This document shows positions 1 through 9,931 of a stretch of 64,000 bases of DNA, one piece after another. The DNA lies in assembly GCA_963749495.1 (NCBI GenBank), contig CAVVMW010000023.1:32001-96000 (forward strand). Direction: 5' to 3'. The position numbers were made by a program, and so were the translations under genes. The DNA comes from an uncultured bacterium. GTDB lineage: Bacteria; Verrucomicrobiota; Verrucomicrobiia; Limisphaerales; UBA8199. Each line of letters starts with the position of its first letter. Position 1 is the first letter of the stretch. A model generated the notes under the pieces. The model was given only the letters and a program-made list of their open reading frames with translations. It was not told the origin of the DNA and searched no databases.

Positions 1-604
1 TGGGCGGCTGGGGCGGTAGCTTCTTGGTGGCCTCCTCCACACCCTTGAGCAATTGGTCCCTCGTTTGAGGGTCCTCGATCCTGAGCGTGATGGCGTTAGT
101 CAGTGCTCCCACCCGGTCGAATTGCCGACCGCCCACAATCCCCGCGATCGAAAAGGTCAATTGGTGTCGGGTCTGACTGGCTATTCTCTTCAAGACAACG
201 TTCTTGTTCACCCGCTCTGTCAGCCTCTCGTTCTCTGCGGCCCACTCCTCGTACTTTTTGCGCTCTGGCGAATCGAGCGGCATCAACACGGAGTCTCCAA
301 AGACCTTCGCTTTTTTCTCGTCGAACGTCTTGTCAATACCAGCGAGGCTGCGGTTGAGCACCTCAAGTTCGAGCAGCAATTTCGCGTCTGCCATCTGGCT
401 GTTGGTGGTCCTAGTCCGCTGGCCCAGGCTGACCACCCATTCCAGTTCCCTGTAGTCCTTGGTGTGGTCGTAGGCCTCAAGGTGCTGTTTAATCTCAGGC
501 CCCCTCTCGCCGAGGGCGCTGTAAATAGCGGCGTCGTTGGTGGTCTGCGCGTACAGGCCGCTCCCCCATACGGTCAGGCATAACAGAGCGATGTTCGTTT
601 TCAC
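1..604 (-). CDS. Secreted protein, tandem paralog 3 (runs off the window edge)
   Basis: Manual translation from GTG at 604 gives MKTNIALLCLTVWGSGLYAQTTNDAAIYSALGERG...LLKGVEEATKKLPPQPP. It aligns end to end with 1419..2027. Absent from the ORF track because its stop lies outside the window. Confidence 0.85.
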   Translation of the reverse strand, partial: MKTNIALLCLTVWGSGLYAQTTNDAAIYSALGERGPEIKQHLEAYDHTKDYRELEWVVSLGQRTRTTNSQMADAKLLLELEVLNRSLAGIDKTFDEKKAKVFGDSVLMPLDSPERKKYEEWAAENERLTERVNKNVVLKRIASQTRHQLTFSIAGIVGGRQFDRVGALTNAITLRIEDPQTRDQLLKGVEEATKKLPPQPP

Positions 605-687
605 TTGTTCTCAAAACTGCGTGGACCCGCCAGAATCCCGCGGCATTCCACCGACCCGAGGAGGGACCGTCTCCCCGGCAGCCCGGC

Positions 688-1352
688 CTACTTTGGCGGC
701 TCCGGCGCCCGCTTCCTGTTCTCCTCTTCCGCCCACCTCTTGCTGCTCTTTCCACACCTTTGAGCAGCTTGTCCCTGGTTGGCGCGTCCTTGACCTTGCG
801 CGCGATTGCGTTTGTGATCGCGGCCACAGCATCGAACTCCCCGTTCGCCACAAACCCTTCCAGCGAGCCCTCCAGCATGCGGCGGCATTCCTCGCCCCAC
901 GTCTTTAACATTCTGTTCCGATTGACGCGCTGGCGAAGCCGCTCGTCCTCGGCGACCCACTGGTCGTACTGCTTGCGCTTCTCAGGATCGGACGGAGGCT
1001 CGGAATTTCTGATTCTCCATATGTCGTATGTCCAATGCGGGCTGGCTGGCCATTGACTCTTGATCTCATCAAATGTCTTGTCAACGCCGGCGAGGCACCG
1101 GCTTAACAATTCAACGCGGAGAAGCAGCTTCGCGTCCCACATCGCGCGGTTGGTGGACTGGAGCATCACGACCTTCCAGTAAGCCGCCGCGATTTCGTCG
1201 AGGTTCGTTGTCTTATCGTAGGCGGCGATGTGCGCCTTAATCTCCTGCCCTTTTTCGCCGAGAAGCTTGTAGATGGCGGCGTCGTTCGTGGGCTGCGCGT
1301 ACAGACCGCTGCCCCATACGGTCAGGCATAATGCAGCGATGAATGCTTTCAT
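688..1352 (-). CDS. Secreted protein, tandem paralog 2 (frameshift near 745)
   Basis: MKAFIAALCLTVWGSGLYAQPTNDAAIY signal peptide; shares DKTFDE and TNAIA.KVKD..TRD.LLKGVE motifs. The paralog-like end (...APEPPK*) lies in the adjacent frame, ending at 688. Confidence 0.8.
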
Positions 1353-1418
1353 TTCTTCGCATAACCGCGCCGACCCGCAACCATCTCCCGGCCTTGCCCC
1401 GGCGCGGTCCAGTCTCGC

Positions 1419-2027
1419 CTACTTGGGCGGCAAAGGCGGCAGCTTCTTCGCGGCCTCCTCGACCCCCTTCAGCAACTGGTCCCTGGTTTGCGGGTCCTTT
1501 ACCTTGAGCGCGATGGCGTTAGTGAGAACCCCGACCCTTTCGAATTGCCGAGATCCGACGAACCCCTCAAGGAAGAAGGCTACAACGTGTTGGCTGTGCT
1601 TGGCTATTCTCTTCAAGAATACGTTCGTGTTCACCCGCTCTGTCAGCCTCTCGTTCTCTGCGGCCCACTCCTCGTACTTCTTGCGCTCTGGCGAACCGAG
1701 CGGAATCATAACGGAGTTTCCAAAGACCTTCGCTTTTGTCTCGTCGAACGTCTTGTCAATACCAGCGAGGCTGCGGTTGAGCACCTCCATTTGGAGCAGA
1801 AGAGTCGCATCCGTCATGGCCCTGTTCGTGGCGGGGTTCCGCTGGGCAATGCTGACCACCCACTCCAGTTCCTTATAGTCCTTGGTCTGGTCGTAGGCGT
1901 CAAGGTGCTGTTTGATCTCACGCCCCCTTTCACCGAAGGCGTTGTAGATGGCGTCGTCGTTCGTGGGCTGCCCGTACAGGCCGCTGCCACATAACGTCAG
2001 CAATAATAGGGCGATGATCGGTTTCAT
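1419..2027 (-). CDS. Secreted helical protein, tandem paralog 1
   Basis: ORF 1419..2054; likely start MKPIIALLLLTLCGSGLYGQ at 2027 by comparison with the paralogs; N-terminal signal peptide. Confidence 0.85.
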   Translation of the reverse strand: MKPIIALLLLTLCGSGLYGQPTNDDAIYNAFGERGREIKQHLDAYDQTKDYKELEWVVSIAQRNPATNRAMTDATLLLQMEVLNRSLAGIDKTFDETKAKVFGNSVMIPLGSPERKKYEEWAAENERLTERVNTNVFLKRIAKHSQHVVAFFLEGFVGSRQFERVGVLTNAIALKVKDPQTRDQLLKGVEEAAKKLPPLPPK

Positions 2028-2041
2028 TTGTGCTTGGTCTT

Positions 2042-3316
2042 TCATTGTATCCATACCCAGTACGGCGTGGCCCCAGGAACGTCCTCGATGGCCGCGCTAA
2101 CCTGGTGGTTCTTGCTGACTGTCCATGTCGTCACCCCGTTCACCGTGTCCATCACTCCCTCCTGGTCAACTGCCCGGAAATCATGGTCCGGCCAGCCCCC
2201 GCCGATCGTCCAGGTCCACGGAATCGGCCACACCACACTGCCCCACTTCGGAACGAACGGTGGCGGCGGGCTCCACGTCTGGATTCCAATATAATCGCCA
2301 CTGAGTGTAAGCGTGCCCATTCCTGGTATCGGGCATAGGCCGCCCATGGCCTTGGGGTTGCCCGCAGTGTGATTAGGCCAGGTGCTGTTTGTCGCAAAGC
2401 CCGTGGCAACCGGTTGGCAGCCCCCCTCCTGCAGAGTCAGGTAGTTGAAATTGACATAATCCGGAAGCACGGAAATGGTTGCGTAGTAGTAGACAGAGAA
2501 GAACCCGGCGTTGCTTGGACAAGTCCCCGTAAGACCCCGGGTTGTGTCTCCCGCAAACAGGAGGCCGCTGGGCGTCCAGACGGTGAACGAGTTGGTAAAC
2601 CGCGCGCCATCAGACGTCACGACCGTGATCGTGGCATTGCCCGGCGTATCGAGGGCGTGAAAGAAGTTCTCGCTTTCCGTTGTACCGCCGATTTCACCGA
2701 CGCCAGTGTAAGTCCAGGTCGTGCTCGGGGGGCCGGGCAGGACCGAGAGGTTGACGTACTCTCCCGCCCCGAGGTCGGTGCGGCTGAGCGGGTCGCCTGG
2801 GCAATCGAACTCGCACTCGTGGACGAACTTGTAAGCCTTGATGTACACGCTCGTAGAGGTCTTGAAACTCGCGGGGGGCTGCAAGGGCACGGAGTCGTTG
2901 TAATTGCTGCTCCAGAACTGCAACTCGGTAGTGGAGAAGAAATTGGTCGCGGTAAAAGAAGCAGTCAGGCCCGGGCCTGACTGCGCCGTGACGGGTTGGA
3001 TTGGGTAGCGAAAGATCCACCAATTAGTGGGCGACGCGGCAAGGCTGACGATGGTCACATTGGTTGCGCAGCCGTTGGCATCGTACTTAACTTTGCTCCC
3101 GTTGGTCCACGTCGGAACTGAGGCTGGGATGGTGATTGGCTGGTTGACGTAATACCAAGGTTGCGCCGTCACGCTGATCGGCGCAGCGGGCCCGAAGGGG
3201 TCGCCCCATTTCCATACCCAATTCGTAGGACATGGATTCTGCTGCGCCAGGCAGGACAACGAGATGCTGGCTGAGCCGGCAACCATAATTGCCCAAAAGT
3301 ACAGGTGGTTCCTCAT
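2042..3316 (-). CDS. Secreted Thr/Pro/Trp/Cys-rich hypothetical protein
   Basis: 424-aa ORF with a signal peptide (…SLSCLA-QQ); start overlaps the upstream stop (ATGA); no family recognised. Confidence 0.8.
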   Translation of the reverse strand: MRNHLYFWAIMVAGSASISLSCLAQQNPCPTNWVWKWGDPFGPAAPISVTAQPWYYVNQPITIPASVPTWTNGSKVKYDANGCATNVTIVSLAASPTNWWIFRYPIQPVTAQSGPGLTASFTATNFFSTTELQFWSSNYNDSVPLQPPASFKTSTSVYIKAYKFVHECEFDCPGDPLSRTDLGAGEYVNLSVLPGPPSTTWTYTGVGEIGGTTESENFFHALDTPGNATITVVTSDGARFTNSFTVWTPSGLLFAGDTTRGLTGTCPSNAGFFSVYYYATISVLPDYVNFNYLTLQEGGCQPVATGFATNSTWPNHTAGNPKAMGGLCPIPGMGTLTLSGDYIGIQTWSPPPPFVPKWGSVVWPIPWTWTIGGGWPDHDFRAVDQEGVMDTVNGVTTWTVSKNHQVSAAIEDVPGATPYWVWIQ

Positions 3317-4281
3317 AAATGCGAGCTCCGAATTCGGGTTGTTAAGTGGTTGATGGCCTGTGCCAGCGCAGCCTCGAGACCGCCATTAGGTTCGCCTGCA
3401 AGCCCATTCAAGAGGGCGATCTCAGGTTCCCCTCCAAGCGCGCCAATGGCCGCGATGGCCGAGCAGCGCAACGGAATCGGCCCCGGCGCAGCGGCCAGCC
3501 GCGCCGCCACCGCCAGGGCCTCCGTGGCCCCGAGGCGGGCGCAGACCTGCAGGCTGGTGATCTGGCTGAGCTCATCGGCCCGGTCGACGCCCAGAACGCC
3601 CAGGGCGGCGGAGACGACGTTGGAAGTCGCGTAGCCCGTGCTCATGCTGTCTGCCGCGAGGGAGGACAAGCCCAGGAGCGCAGTCCCGGCCATCTCCGAG
3701 CCAGTCTCCTTCGTGGCGCTCCAGAAGACCGCCTCCATGCGGGACAAGGCGTCCTCCGACGCGGGGCCGGGTTGCTCGCGCCAGAGCTGCTCGTAAACGT
3801 TGAACAGGTGCTGGAGGGCATAGTCTCGGACCGTGAGCGGCACGCTCCTGTCCGCAACGAGGTCCGCGAGCATCCGGTCCCAAGGGGCCGTGAGGCTGGC
3901 CTGGCCGCGCAGGACGCGCAGGACCTCATTCTTGATGCCGCCGAGGCGGTGTGGAGGGATGTCCGGGAAGGGCTCCCTTAGAAACTCGTAAAGGCCCTGG
4001 CACTCGGCGGCGGTGAGGGATTTGCCGCGCTGCCTGAACCCCTCGAGTCGCCGGTAGATGTCGTCGTCGCGCAGCTCGCTGGCCGAGAATATGCTCGCTG
4101 CGGGGACGGCCGCTCCCGCTGGCGCCGGCGCCACGCGGCCACTCTGCGATGCGACACGTGCGGGGCGGGCAGGATTCGCCGACAAGGGGCCCACGCTGGC
4201 GGGGCGGCGCAGCACCCACAGTGCAAGGGCCGCCAGTGCCACAGCGCCCAGAGCCAGGCCCATGAACAATTTCGCTTTCAT
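3313..4281 (-). CDS. Membrane-anchored HEAT-like helical-repeat protein
   Basis: Start MKAKLFMGLALGAVALAALALWVL (TM anchor); HEAT-like segments VRDYALQHL and LRCSAIAAIGALGG. Confidence 0.7.
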   Translation of the reverse strand: MKAKLFMGLALGAVALAALALWVLRRPASVGPLSANPARPARVASQSGRVAPAPAGAAVPAASIFSASELRDDDIYRRLEGFRQRGKSLTAAECQGLYEFLREPFPDIPPHRLGGIKNEVLRVLRGQASLTAPWDRMLADLVADRSVPLTVRDYALQHLFNVYEQLWREQPGPASEDALSRMEAVFWSATKETGSEMAGTALLGLSSLAADSMSTGYATSNVVSAALGVLGVDRADELSQITSLQVCARLGATEALAVAARLAAAPGPIPLRCSAIAAIGALGGEPEIALLNGLAGEPNGGLEAALAQAINHLTTRIRSSHL

Positions 4282-4312
4282 AACAGCGAGGGGTTGCGGG
4301 TTTCCCGCAGGG

Positions 4313-6259
4313 CTAACGCTGGCCAAGGAAGACCTTGCCCTGGAAGCCCTTGACCGTGTGGCAGGTCGAAGTCTTCGAGGTCCCGGGCCGCAGGAAGCGG
4401 ACAGTGTACTGGCCCAGGGCATCGAAGTCCCGGGCCGATAATCGCTTGACGACCGTTCCGTCGTCGAAAACCACACCGCCGACGACAAGCGCCACCTGCA
4501 CCTGGACTTCCGGGAGCACCGGGCTGGCCACAAGCCCCATCTCGATGAGGTCGGTGCCATCCGCGTAGGTTTTCGTCACCTCGAAATCGGTCTGATCGGC
4601 TGAATAGACCTGGAATCCCTGGACCGGGAGTTGGGCCAGCACCGGGCCATTTGTCCCCAGCCGCGCCAGCACGCGCTGCACACCGCCGGTAGCCATACAG
4701 AGCCGGCACGCGCCCTGGCTCGCCGCCTGAAGGTTCAGCAGCGGGTCCGCGTCCAAAACGACGCCCTGGGGCAGGCTCGGAGACGCCCAGGCCCTCGGTT
4801 TTCCAACCCAGGCCGCAACCCGGTCCCCGAGGCCCGCGTGGACCACCCGCACCGTCAATCCAGGGCGGCTGACGGCCATCTTGCTGCCCGCGGACGCGGC
4901 CGCAATCGTGAAGGTCCCGGCCTTTTCGAAGTGGTGGCAAGCCGCTTGCCCGCCAACGAGCGTGTAATTGGTCACCCCTTGCACCCCCATGCGGCCAGCC
5001 TGCCGGTCCGCCCCCAGGGCGAGCAATAACGAGTCGCCCTGGCGAATGGTCAGGTTGCCCCCGGCCAGCACGTCTGTCGCAGTCCATTCGGCCTGCCAGC
5101 GCTCGCGGAGGCCCCCGTTCTGGTACACTACCTCGATCAACGCCGGCTTGTCGGGCTGGAATGAAACATCGGCAAACCAGCGATCCCCGGCCCCGGGCTG
5201 GGCTGCGGCCAGACCCGTGCCCGTGCGGATCTCCATCATGCTCAGGAAGCGCCCCCGGCCCTCGACGCACATCGGAGAGGTGGCGCTGTGCAGCCGTCCG
5301 GGGGAAATCTTTGCTGTCTCGACGCCGCAGGCCGACTTGAGCTGCGCGACAACCCAATCCTTCAGCCCGTCCCCACCGGAGCTGGGTCCCTGCAGGCTCT
5401 GCAGGCGGACGGCGAGCAACTCCAGGGACCTGCCCTTGCGGGCATTGTCCCAGGCTATGCGGACCCGATGGAGCCCCGGCTTTACGAAGGGGGTCAAGGT
5501 ATGGACCGTTCCCGTTTGGTGCGGGGGAACGTCGAGCAGCAGGTTCTCCAGCAACTCCCCGTCCAGCGCAACCGCCACACAGAAACCGGGATCGATGTCA
5601 TCCGGGTTGTGGGAAGCCCCCTCGATTTCGATCCGGTACATGTCCGCCGCCGGGGCGATGAGGGCGTACTCGACATAGCCGCGGCGATCCACGGCGTAGA
5701 GGCCCTTTCCCTCCTGTTTCCAGCGGCCCAGTGTTGCCGTGGCTTCAGCACCAGGGATTTCGAGGACGTTCACGATCGAGGTGTAAGTGTTCGCCGGAAC
5801 TGTTCCGTTGGTCGAAGCGCCACTGTCAGTCTGCGCCGATCCACCAACCGGACGCGCCGCGGATGGCCCGGCAGCGAGGGCAGGGGGCACCGTGCCGCCC
5901 TGGCCGCCTGCGCCACCAGCGATTACCAGCGGCCCGTCCGCGTAGAGTTGCGTCGAGGGGACCGGTTCCTTCGGGGTCGAAGGGCTGCTCCAGAGCAGCT
6001 TGGCGATCGCCTCGCGCGAGCGCTGGTAGGTACTCGACGCGCAAAGCTCGCTTCACGCCTGCACTCAGTGAGACTCTCGCGGAGGCTCTGCTGGGCTGCC
6101 CGGTCTGTCCACGCATCGATCAGAAGCTCGTCATCGAGCCAGAGCCTGGCCCCGTCGTCGCTGAGGATGTGCAACGCGTACATTTCATCGTATTGCGCCT
6201 CGATCCAGCCGGTCCACCTGGCGCTGAAGTTCTCCGGTCCAATACCCTGCGCGGGCGAG
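4313..6259 (-). pseudogene. 3' part of the IS-interrupted PA14-domain secreted protein
   Basis: Removing the IS restores ...WDFGSPA-QGIGPENFSARWTGWIEAQYDEMYALHILSDDGARLWLDD (second PA14 domain). It continues through small frameshifts into ORF 4313..5890. Confidence 0.85.
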
Positions 6260-6318
6260 GGGTGCGCGACAAAAAAGTAACCAAAATTTGAGCAGGCCCG
6301 CCTGCTGATTGATTTTTG

Positions 6319-6348
6319 TTGCTATATTGTATCTAGTTAGATACAATA
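6319..6348 (+). promoter_or_regulatory. IS internal sigma70 promoter overlapped by an 11-bp palindromic operator (repeated at 8159..8188)
   Basis: TTGCTA-N17-TACAAT ends 7 nt before ATG 6355; perfect inverted repeat tattgtatcta-gt-tagatacaata. Confidence 0.7.
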
Positions 6349-6354
6349 CGCACC

Positions 6355-6741
6355 ATGACCGCTTCGCTTTCTCAGCTCGAAGACCGGCGCGAGCAGATCC
6401 TTGAACAGATCAAGGCTATCAACCGGTTGCGCCGCGGCTCCTTAAGCCGCCAATTCTTCAAGAAACCCCGCGCTGGCTCCAAAGCCCCCCAGGGCCCTTA
6501 CTACGTGCTCCAAGCCTACTTCCATGGGCAGAAGTTCGCCGAGCGCATCCCGGCCGATCAGGCCCCCCAAATCGAACCCCTCGTCGCCAATTACAGACGC
6601 TTTAGCGAACTGGCCGAGGAGTTTGTCACCGTCACCGACCAAATCACCCGCCTGAGTCAAGCCGCCCCCGACGCAAAAAAAAACTCCAGACCGAAGTCGG
6701 GCAGGAGCGATTCCGGGAAGCCAACGCCTTCATCCGGTTAG
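6355..6741 (+). CDS. DUF6788-like IS accessory protein (OrfA)
   Basis: 128 aa with RRGSLSRQF...GPYYVL motifs, upstream of an ISKra4-type transposase; A9 run at 6675..6683. Confidence 0.75.
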   Translation: MTASLSQLEDRREQILEQIKAINRLRRGSLSRQFFKKPRAGSKAPQGPYYVLQAYFHGQKFAERIPADQAPQIEPLVANYRRFSELAEEFVTVTDQITRLSQAAPDAKKNSRPKSGRSDSGKPTPSSG

Positions 6742-6767
6742 TCCAAGGGCAGTGGCAACAGCAGGGA

Positions 6768-8056
6768 GTGCGCAATCTCGAGGCGGTGGAAATTGGCCTG
6801 CGCGAGGCGCTCTTCCGCGATGCCTGTGGGATTCTGGGGGATTTGCTCAACGACCCGGCGCTGCCGGTGCCCGAGGATCAGGGCCGCCCAGGCGAAAGGT
6901 GCCACGCCGGCGGCCCAAGGAGCCGCTGACCCTCTTCGGGCTAGTGGCCCTACGGCGCAACTATTACTATTGGGCGAGCCGGGAGCAAGGCCGTGCCCCG
7001 CTGGACCAGGCGCTGGGTCTGTGGGCAGGCTATTCGCCCGGGGTGCTGCGGATCATTTGCCGCGCGGCCGCGCGCCATCCCTTCGACGTGGCGGCGGCCG
7101 AGCTCAAAGCCTATTGCGGGCTGCAGGTCGAAGGCCGCCAGATTCAGCGCATCGCTCAGGAAATGGGACCGCGGGTGCGGGCGGTCCAAGAACAATTGCC
7201 TCCCTTCAAGCATGACTCGGGCCTGATTCCCGTCATGTATATCGCCGTTGATGGCACCGGGGTTCCCATGCGGCCCGAGGAATTGGAAGGCCGTGCCGGC
7301 AAGCAACCCGATGGCTCAGCCAAGACCCGAGAGGTCAAGTTGGCTTGTGTGTTTACCCAAACCACCCTTGATGAGGAGGGATTGCCGTTGCGGGACTTTG
7401 AGTCCTCCAGCTACGTGGCAGGCTTTGAAGAGGCACCCGATTTCATGGTGCGGGCACGCCAGGAGGCCCTCCGCCGCCGTCTGCCGGCAGCGCAGGTGTC
7501 GGTGCTGCTGGGCGACGGGGCTGCCTGGATTTGGGACCACGGGGCGAAGTGCTTCCCGATGGCCTTCCAAATTCTGGACTTGTATCACGCCCTGGAACAT
7601 CTCTCCGACCTGACGAAATTGCTCGAACCGGACCCTGCCGCCGCCCAGGCCCTGTGGCGAACTTGGCGCGAGCAGTTCTTGGCCGACGACGTGGAGGAAG
7701 TCCTGCGTCAAGCCCGGGAAAGGACGGGCAAACTGGCCGCTCAGACTGCTGAATCAGCAGGCAAGCAGATCGCATACTTCGAGCACAACCAGAGCCGTAT
7801 GCTCTACGCCACCTACCGCGCTTTGGGATTTTTCTACGGCTCGGGGGTGGTCGAAGCCGGCTGCAAAACGGTTATCGGCGGACGCTGCAAGTGCTCCGGC
7901 ATGCTTTGGTCAGAAGAGGGAGCTACCCACGTCCTGGATTTGCGCTGCGCTCTGTATGGCAACCAATTCGACCAAGTCTGGGATCGCTTAAACCAAAGCG
8001 ATTACCTGCGAATTCGCGTCGCCAACCCCCCGGCTCAAGCCGAGGAAGCTGCGTAA
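6768..8056 (+). CDS. ISKra4-family DDE transposase, copy 1 (1-bp deletion near 6911)
   Basis: YIAVDGTG, LGDGAAWIW, DLYHA and GSGVVEAGCK motifs; one C missing relative to copy 2. Confidence 0.85.
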
Positions 8057-8194
8057 TGGCACCTAATTGTTACTATTTTGTCCGGCTCCCAACCCCAGGG
8101 GGTGCGCGACAAAAAAGTAACCAAAATTTGAGCAGGCCCGCCTGCTGATTGATTTTTGTTGCTATATTGTATCTAGTTAGATACAATACGCACC

Positions 8195-8581
8195 ATGACC
8201 GCTTCGCTTTCTCAGCTCGAAGACCGGCGCGAGCAGATCCTTGAACAGATCAAGGCTATCGACCGGTTGCGCCGCGGCTCCTTAAGCCGCCAATTCTTCA
8301 AGAAACCCCGCGCTGGCTCCAAAGCCCCCCAGGGCCCTTACTACGTGCTCCAAGCCTACTTCCATGGGCAGAAGTTCGCCGAGCGCATCCCGGCCGATCA
8401 GGCCCCCCAAATCGAACCCCTCGTCGCCAATTACAGACGCTTTAGCGAACTGGCCGAGGAGTTTGTCACCGTCACCGACCAAATCACCCGCCTGAGTCAA
8501 GCCGCCCCCGACGCAAAAAAAAACTCCAGACCGAAGTCGGGCAGGAGCGATTCCGGGAAGCCAACGCCTTCATCCGGTTAG
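8195..8581 (+). CDS. DUF6788-like IS accessory protein (OrfA), copy 2
   Basis: Identical to 6355..6741 except one N-to-D change. Confidence 0.75.
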   Translation: MTASLSQLEDRREQILEQIKAIDRLRRGSLSRQFFKKPRAGSKAPQGPYYVLQAYFHGQKFAERIPADQAPQIEPLVANYRRFSELAEEFVTVTDQITRLSQAAPDAKKNSRPKSGRSDSGKPTPSSG

Positions 8582-8607
8582 TCCAAGGGCAGTGGCAACA
8601 GCAGGGA

Positions 8608-9897
8608 GTGCGCAATCTCGAGGCGGTGGAAATTGGCCTGCGCGAGGCGCTCTTCCGCGATGCCTGTGGGATTCTGGGGGATTTGCTCAACGACCCGGCG
8701 CTGCCGGTGCCCGAGGATCAGGGCCGCCCAGGCGAAAGGTGCCACGCCGGCCGGCCCAAGGAGCCGCTGACCCTCTTCGGGCTAGTGGCCCTACGGCGCA
8801 ACTATTACTATTGGGCGAGCCGGGAGCAAGGCCGTGCCCCGCTGGACCAGGCGCTGGGTCTGTGGGCAGGCTATTCGCCCGGGGTGCTGCGGATCATTTG
8901 CCGCGCGGCCGCGCGCCATCCCTTCGACGTGGCGGCGGCCGAGCTCAAAGCCTATTGCGGGCTGCAGGTCGAAGGCCGCCAGATTCAGCGCATCGCTCAG
9001 GAAATGGGACCGCGGGTGCGGGCGGTCCAAGAACAATTGCCTCCCTTCAAGCATGACTCGGGCCTGATTCCCGTCATGTATATCGCCGTCGATGGCACCG
9101 GGGTTCCCATGCGGCCCGAGGAATTGGAAGGCCGTGCCAGCAAGCAACCCGATGGCTCAGCCAAGACCCGAGAGGTCAAGTTGGCTTGTGTGTTTACCCA
9201 AACCACCCTTGATGAGGAGGGATTGCCGTTGCGGGACTTTGAGTCCTCCAGCTACGTGGCAGGCTTTGAAGAGGCACCCGATTTCATGGTGCGGGCACGC
9301 CAGGAGGCCCTCCGCCGCCGTCTGCCGGCAGCGCAGGTGTCGGTGCTGCTGGGCGACGGGGCTGCCTGGATTTGGGACCACGGGGCGAAGTGCTTCCCGA
9401 TGGCCTTCCAAATTCTGGACTTGTATCACGCCCTGGAACATCTCTCCGACCTGACGAAATTGCTCGAACCGGACCCTGCCGCCGCCCAGGCCCTGTGGCG
9501 AACTTGGCGCGAGCAGTTCTTGGCCGACGACGTGGAGGAAGTCCTGCGTCAAGCCCGGGAAAGGACGGGCAAACTGGCCGCTCAGACTGCTGAATCAGCA
9601 GGCAAGCAGATCGCATACTTCGAGCACAACCAGAGCCGTATGCTCTACGCCACCTACCGCGCTTTGGGATTTTTCTACGGCTCGGGGGTGGTCGAAGCCG
9701 GCTGCAAAACGGTTATCGGCGGACGCTGCAAGTGCTCCGGCATGCTTTGGTCAGAAGAGGGAGCTACCCACGTCCTGGATTTGCGCTGCGCTCTGTATGG
9801 CAACCAATTCGACCAAGTCTGGGATCGCTTAAACCAAAGCGATTACCTGCGAATTCGCGTCGCCAACCCCCCGGCTCAAGCCGAGGAAGCTGCGTAA
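8608..9897 (+). CDS. ISKra4-family DDE transposase, intact
   Basis: 429 aa with the DDE triad and the DxxH signature of the IS256/Mutator-like superfamily. Confidence 0.9.
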   Translation: MRNLEAVEIGLREALFRDACGILGDLLNDPALPVPEDQGRPGERCHAGRPKEPLTLFGLVALRRNYYYWASREQGRAPLDQALGLWAGYSPGVLRIICRAAARHPFDVAAAELKAYCGLQVEGRQIQRIAQEMGPRVRAVQEQLPPFKHDSGLIPVMYIAVDGTGVPMRPEELEGRASKQPDGSAKTREVKLACVFTQTTLDEEGLPLRDFESSSYVAGFEEAPDFMVRARQEALRRRLPAAQVSVLLGDGAAWIWDHGAKCFPMAFQILDLYHALEHLSDLTKLLEPDPAAAQALWRTWREQFLADDVEEVLRQARERTGKLAAQTAESAGKQIAYFEHNQSRMLYATYRALGFFYGSGVVEAGCKTVIGGRCKCSGMLWSEEGATHVLDLRCALYGNQFDQVWDRLNQSDYLRIRVANPPAQAEEAA

Positions 9898-9931
9898 TGG
9901 CACCTAATTGTTACTATTTTGTCCGGCTCCC

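Larger units (their letters stand above)
6260..8090 (+). mobile_element. ISKra4-family insertion sequence, copy 1 (1831 bp)
   Basis: Left end gggtgcgcgacaaaaaagtaa; right end ttactattttgtccggctccc (17/21 inverted match); carries a small ORF plus a DDE transposase. Confidence 0.9.
8100..9931 (+). mobile_element. ISKra4-family insertion sequence, copy 2 (1832 bp)
   Basis: Near-identical direct repeat of 6260..8090, separated from it by a 9-bp spacer aaccccagg; followed by the target duplication gcgggcgag at 9932..9940 (first copy at 6251..6259). Confidence 0.92.

Noticed and set aside
495..1352. 285-aa fusion of paralogs 2 and 3 as listed in the ORF track
   Set aside because: The extension is out of frame with paralog 3; a single indel near 745 restores the paralog-like stop at 688.
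1..2027. Diversity-generating retroelement behind the paralog variation
   Set aside because: No reverse transcriptase is in the window, and the differences are not confined to adenines in a short template/variable pair.
8070..8125. Hybrid junction promoter at the IS dimer junction
   Set aside because: No credible -10 box lies 16-18 nt from the TTG hexamers in the right end.
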